Origin: a virus
Virus record (IMG/VR): IMGVR_UViG_3300017746_000009
Span: 1-62,781 of that record
Direction: 5' to 3' (one strand)
DNA: 62,781 nucleotides
Shown here piece after piece: positions 59,728 through 62,781 of this stretch (within the stretch, counting starts at the first letter, position 1; the number at the start of each line of letters is the position of its first letter). The position numbers and the translations under genes are program-made. A model generated the notes under the pieces. The model ran no database searches, was not told where the DNA came from, and saw only the letters and a program-made list of their open reading frames with translations.

Positions 59728-59754
59728 TACACCATGGTCCATAGTTCATGGATC

Positions 59755-59794
59755 ATGATCCTTGGATTACAGCGAAGCCATGATCAGATGATCT
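59755..59794. repeat. 40-bp direct repeat, copy 2 (67-bp period)
   Basis: atgatccttggattacagcgaagccatgatcagatgatct. Confidence 0.9.
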
Positions 59795-60082
59795 GTGTGA
59801 ACATCAGATGATGCATAGATCTTTTGATCGTGGGATGTTGTTGTAGTATAATAGATCATGGTCCATGGATCCTATTAGCTATTAGCTGATTCATGGACCA
59901 CCGTTCCCGACTCATATATTTTTGTACGTTGTCCGTGCTCCTTGGTTAAGTAGGTTCTATATATAGGTCTACAAGATCCAATATCCTTATCTAAAAGATG
60001 TATTGCTCGTTTTATCACGAGTGTTGAGAGTTACCAACTTATTACCAAGACCATGGTCCATGATCCATATTATCTACATTTT

Positions 60083-60102
60083 GCTAATAGGTCGCTAATA
60101 GG
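60083..60102. promoter_or_regulatory. Inverted copy of the 20-nt cctattagcgacctattagc element of 18569-18588
   Basis: gctaataggtcgctaatagg was read directly and is the exact reverse complement. Confidence 0.5.
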
Positions 60103-60231
60103 TTAGCCAATAACCACTTCATAAGGACTTGCGACAGTAGTTATAGCGTATTAGATATTGGCTTATTGGCTAGAGTAAGATATTTACAAGTTTTGTGAAT
60201 TAATTTTTGGGGATGCTAATATAGTAACAGC

Positions 60232-60672
60232 TTAACCTACTGCTATTTTAAACTTAAAGAATTCAGTTAAAGCACTTGACCCGTAACTACCATTTAAGGA
60301 TAAAGCAATAAAGACATCTATTACGTAATACTCATCATATGTCTCATTGGTTGTTTCACCTTTTTTACGATCACCGTAACCTACTTCAATAATATTATAA
60401 CCGCTTGATGCTTGATCGTTTAGCCTTGATGAATCATAAACCGTAAACCATTCTTTAGGCAGTTCAGCATATACTTTATCTTCACATGCTTCAGCATCTC
60501 CTGAGTGAACTTCATTAAAGTACCAAGCTACTTCATCGGGAGCTTTACTAAGCAAGTCTGACATAATACGTATTACCGTATCCTGTTCAACACCGTTACT
60601 TATAACATCTTTGATGTCAATAGGTATATTATTCTTAGGTATTATTTCCCAACCGTTTTTAAATTTATTCAT
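60232..60672 (-). CDS. hypothetical acidic protein (146 aa)
   Basis: ORF with GAGGA before the ATG and a promoter-like element upstream. Confidence 0.6.
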   Translation of the reverse strand: MNKFKNGWEIIPKNNIPIDIKDVISNGVEQDTVIRIMSDLLSKAPDEVAWYFNEVHSGDAEACEDKVYAELPKEWFTVYDSSRLNDQASSGYNIIEVGYGDRKKGETTNETYDEYYVIDVFIALSLNGSYGSSALTEFFKFKIAVG

Positions 60673-60702
60673 AATGTTTTCCTCGTTATTAATTTATTTA
60701 TA

Positions 60703-60736
60703 TATAAAGTATAGGGTTGATGGTTATACATCACTA
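60703..60736 (-). promoter_or_regulatory. Conserved promoter-like element TAGTGATGT-N14-TATACTTTATA (copy A)
   Basis: The minus strand reads tagtgatgtataaccatcaaccctatactttata. It has the same bipartite motif and spacing as 61191-61224. Confidence 0.45.
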
Positions 60737-60750
60737 GGCGATTAATAAGA

Positions 60751-60975
60751 CTACTCATCAAGTAAATCATCTACACCTACGCTACCCCACATATCAACAC
60801 CGAGCGTTGCGTAAATACGCATCAACGTATAGCGTCTAGGATATTTCAAACTCCTAAATTCAGTATAAAGTTCTTCCTCAGGTAAGCCCCTTTTATATAC
60901 TAAGTAACGAGTGCTGGAATCTATATTCCAGCCCTCATTTTTAAGTTGCTCAGCATTCATATTTTCTTCTTTCAT
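60751..60975 (-). CDS. hypothetical protein (74 aa)
   Basis: ORF with AGGAGAAAG before the ATG. Confidence 0.55.
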   Translation of the reverse strand: MKEENMNAEQLKNEGWNIDSSTRYLVYKRGLPEEELYTEFRSLKYPRRYTLMRIYATLGVDMWGSVGVDDLLDE

Positions 60976-60993
60976 AACTTTCTCCTTTATATA

Positions 60994-61161
60994 TTAACCG
61001 TTATTATTAGCATCAAACCATGCTTTACTTGCTGCCCTGATGGCGTTAGTTCTACCAATCTTGGCTCCCGTTTGTTGTGATAACATTTCCGCAATATAGT
61101 CTATATCTTCGGCTACATCTTCTGGTAATGCTACATTCACACGTTTTTCTTGATTACTCAT
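60994..61161 (-). CDS. ribbon-helix-helix (CopG/Arc-like) DNA-binding protein, 55 aa (not in the ORF track)
   Basis: GAGGT precedes the ATG at 61161. My translation is MSNQEKRVNVALPEDVAEDIDYIAEMLSQQTGAKIGRTNAIRAASKAWFDANNNG, whose RVNVALPEDV beta-strand plus two helices is the RHH pattern. Confidence 0.6.
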   Translation of the reverse strand: MSNQEKRVNVALPEDVAEDIDYIAEMLSQQTGAKIGRTNAIRAASKAWFDANNNG

Positions 61162-61190
61162 GTTTACCTCGTTAGTAATTATTTATTATT

Positions 61191-61224
61191 TATAAAGTAT
61201 AGTAATGATCATAAAACATCACTA
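61191..61224 (-). promoter_or_regulatory. Conserved promoter-like element TAGTGATGT-N14-TATACTTTATA (copy B)
   Basis: The minus strand reads tagtgatgttttatgatcattactatactttata, between a terminator and the RHH gene. Confidence 0.45.
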
Positions 61225-61229
61225 ATAGA

Positions 61230-61268
61230 TAAAAAAGAAAAAGCCCAGCGATCCTGCTAGGCTTTTTC
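61230..61268. terminator. Rho-independent terminator after ORF 61284-61592
   Basis: An imperfect hairpin agcc-c-agc...gct-a-ggct (61242-61263) is flanked by an A-rich run (61230-61241) and a T-run (61263-61267). Confidence 0.55.
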
Positions 61269-61283
61269 AGGGGATATAAAGAT

Positions 61284-61592
61284 TTAGGCAAGGACCATAA
61301 ACCCTTTATCAAGGTCATACTTGATATCACGAGCGTCAACTAATCTAGACGCTAGTGCTTCCTCAACGGTTTTACCGTTAAGCTCTTTCTGACGATGGAT
61401 ATTTTGGTCAGACCTTGGGGTCTTCTCAAAGTTAGCTTTTAATAAAGCGTTTAAGTCAAGACCACCAGACCTAACATTTGCCTTAGTTGCCTGAGCGACA
61501 GACGCAAGACTTTTAGTAGGTGTGATAGTTACCGTTTGTGATGCCACAGCTTTTTTAGTTGTGGACTTTTTAGTAGTAGCAGATTTTGCCAT
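61284..61592 (-). CDS. Lys/Thr-rich small protein with a C-terminal DIKYD..G motif (possible DNA-binding protein)
   Basis: MAKSATTKKSTTKKAVA... and LNGKTVEEALASRLVDARDIKYDLDKGFMVLA. Confidence 0.55.
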   Translation of the reverse strand: MAKSATTKKSTTKKAVASQTVTITPTKSLASVAQATKANVRSGGLDLNALLKANFEKTPRSDQNIHRQKELNGKTVEEALASRLVDARDIKYDLDKGFMVLA

Positions 61593-61643
61593 TTTACCCT
61601 CCTCGGATAATTACAGGTCAATATAATTATTAACCTTACAAAT

Positions 61644-61671
61644 AGTATAGTTAGAATAAAGTAAAAGTAAA
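61644..61671 (-). promoter_or_regulatory. sigma70-like promoter candidate TTTACT-N16-TATACT upstream of ORF 61284-61592
   Basis: Minus strand: TTTACT (61671-61666) and TATACT (61649-61644). Confidence 0.3.
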
Positions 61672-61696
61672 TACATGATGTAATTGTTGTGATACT

Positions 61697-61936
61697 TCAT
61701 TTTCGTATTTTCTTCTCGTCTACTTCACCGACTTTACGATCATAGTAGTCGTACACTTGTACATCGCCACGGTGCCCGACCCAACCTATCATCATATTGT
61801 GTTTATCTTTCATAAGCCAACCACCCATACGAGCAGAGGAGTGATCAACATGAGGCATTTTAGTATAGTTCTTACCAGCTTTATCACGGAACAACGCCAC
61901 CGCTTCCTCAAAGTTCTTTTTCTCAAATAAGCTCAT
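61697..61936 (-). CDS. hypothetical protein (79 aa)
   Basis: ORF in the array, 1 nt after the upstream gene. Confidence 0.55.
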   Translation of the reverse strand: MSLFEKKNFEEAVALFRDKAGKNYTKMPHVDHSSARMGGWLMKDKHNMMIGWVGHRGDVQVYDYYDRKVGEVDEKKIRK

Positions 61937-61937
61937 T

Positions 61938-62357
61938 TTACCACCATGCCTCCATTATACATTTATTTTCCGCAGCTACCTCAAACACTAACGCTAAATC
62001 TTCTAGTTCTTTTACATAGTAACCACCATACTCAGCTTCTAGCACAACGTCTTTTGTTTGCAGAGAAGGGTTGTCTTCATGCAGTATTTCTAAATAATTC
62101 CGTATAAGTTTACCGTACAACTCTAGAGTATCACTCTGTATGTGTTCTCCTGGTTCAATATGCCAAGTATGCTCGACACAATCAGGGTCATGCATCTCCA
62201 TGAGCCACGTGACAAAGTTCTCATACACTCCGCCCCTGAACGAACCGTTACCATGACCACTAAACATACCACCGCACAGACTTGCTTTTTCTAAACGTTT
62301 ATCTTTAAACTCTTTATCTTTGTCATTAGCATGTAATATAAAACAATCTAAACCCAT
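61938..62357 (-). CDS. hypothetical protein (139 aa)
   Basis: ORF with GGGAGG before the ATG. Confidence 0.6.
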   Translation of the reverse strand: MGLDCFILHANDKDKEFKDKRLEKASLCGGMFSGHGNGSFRGGVYENFVTWLMEMHDPDCVEHTWHIEPGEHIQSDTLELYGKLIRNYLEILHEDNPSLQTKDVVLEAEYGGYYVKELEDLALVFEVAAENKCIMEAWW

Positions 62358-62359
62358 AA

Positions 62360-62488
62360 TTACCTCCCAATATATTTAATATCTTTTTTAGGGATCACCT
62401 GATACGCTCCCTTATTATACGCAGGTGCTATCGTGTATTGACTACTGATGCGCCTACGCTCCTCAGGTGTAAGTTCTTTATTTTTCAT
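62360..62488 (-). CDS. possible 42-aa protein (not in the ORF track)
   Basis: AAGGAG precedes the ATG at 62488. My translation is MKNKELTPEERRRISSQYTIAPAYNKGAYQVIPKKDIKYIGR, and its stop lies inside the RBS of the next gene. Confidence 0.4.
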   Translation of the reverse strand: MKNKELTPEERRRISSQYTIAPAYNKGAYQVIPKKDIKYIGR

Positions 62489-62554
62489 AAGTTACTCCTT
62501 TATTAATAACTAAAGTATAAAACCCATCAATATGCTTCCCTAACATAGCTCTTA

Positions 62555-62781
62555 TTAATCGTTATCTTGTAAGGCAGAAGGACTTAGCCAACCAGAAAAG
62601 TGTTCAGCTTCGTCTTCAAAGTACCATTTAAGTTGTATATGTTCAGTATTTTTAAAAGGTGCTGACCGTATAGGACTAAATAAATAGTCAAGCAAAGCAC
62701 CATATACAGGTATAGGTTCAGCCCATGCTGTATAAAACGTATAAGTAATACAATCATCATCTATCTCAAAGGTAGCATCAA
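62555..62781 (-). CDS. DUF1281/Api92-like protein, 3' part (same ORF as 1-484 read through the terminal overlap)
   Basis: In-frame continuation ...YLFSPIRSAPFKNTEHIQLKWYFEDEAEHFSGWLSPSALQDND with stop TAA at 62557-62555. Confidence 0.6.
   Translation of the reverse strand, partial: DATFEIDDDCITYTFYTAWAEPIPVYGALLDYLFSPIRSAPFKNTEHIQLKWYFEDEAEHFSGWLSPSALQDND
62659..62781. repeat. Terminal overlap copy 2 (identical to 1-123)
   Basis: Direct reading. Confidence 0.95.

Larger units (their letters stand above)
59600..60171. other. Repeat-dense, GATC-clustered non-coding hub (candidate origin, packaging or regulatory region)
   Basis: There is no ORF of 60 aa or more in 59458-60231. It holds 13 GATC sites in 59607-59871, three copies of catgatcagatgatc, five or more copies of catggtccat(g), CCTATTAGC-type sites and ccaataa/ttattgg inverted elements. 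Confidence 0.6.

Noticed and set aside
59600-60110. Possible CRISPR array or tRNA genes in the repeat-rich non-coding region
   Set aside because: The repeats belong to several different short families with irregular spacing (7-bp tandems, one 67-bp period). There is no repeat-spacer regularity and no cas genes, and I could not find any T-loop (GGTTCGAATCC-like) or cloverleaf pattern here or elsewhere in the window.
1-62781. Lysogeny module or mobile-element features (integrase, repressor/Cro switch, att sites, transposase)
   Set aside because: No tyrosine or serine recombinase motifs and no transposase were recognised in any ORF. The RHH and HTH proteins alone do not support a temperate lifestyle call, so no mobile_element feature is reported.

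Overview
The window is a complete, AT-rich tailed-phage genome of about 62.66 kb with a podovirus-like layout. Bases 1-123 recur exactly at 62659-62781, which indicates circular closure or a terminal repeat, and one gene reads across that junction. Every credible gene except an SNF2 helicase (18610-20106, +) lies on the minus strand. In minus-strand transcription order the modules are as follows. (1) Replication and recombination, 18289->6099: AEP primase, SF1 helicase, family A DNA polymerase, Cas4-like nuclease, resolvase-like nuclease. (2) Embedded in that, a DNA-base-modification cluster, 13873->9345: AlkB-like dioxygenase, aGPT-Pplase-like protein, HD and MazG-like hydrolases, GT-A-like protein, thymidylate-synthase-like enzyme. 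(3) Auxiliary genes and TerS, 6016->539. (4) Small early-type genes across the junction, 484->1 and 62781->60232. (5) A 770-bp repeat-dense non-coding hub, 59458-60231. (6) The late operon, 59031->20107: TerL, portal, SNase, basic proteins, GroES-like protein, scaffold, major capsid, adaptor and tail genes, a highly repetitive fibre, and a collagen/S74 fibre. (7) A lysis cassette, followed by four large internal-virion-type proteins. The most unusual content is a translationally coupled block inside the lysis cassette (37007->32179). It encodes CsgF-like and CsgG-like curli secretion components, a curlin-repeat protein, a FecR-domain protein and a CHASE2-sensor class III adenylate cyclase. All calls come from reading the sequence and from remembered family motifs; no searches were run.
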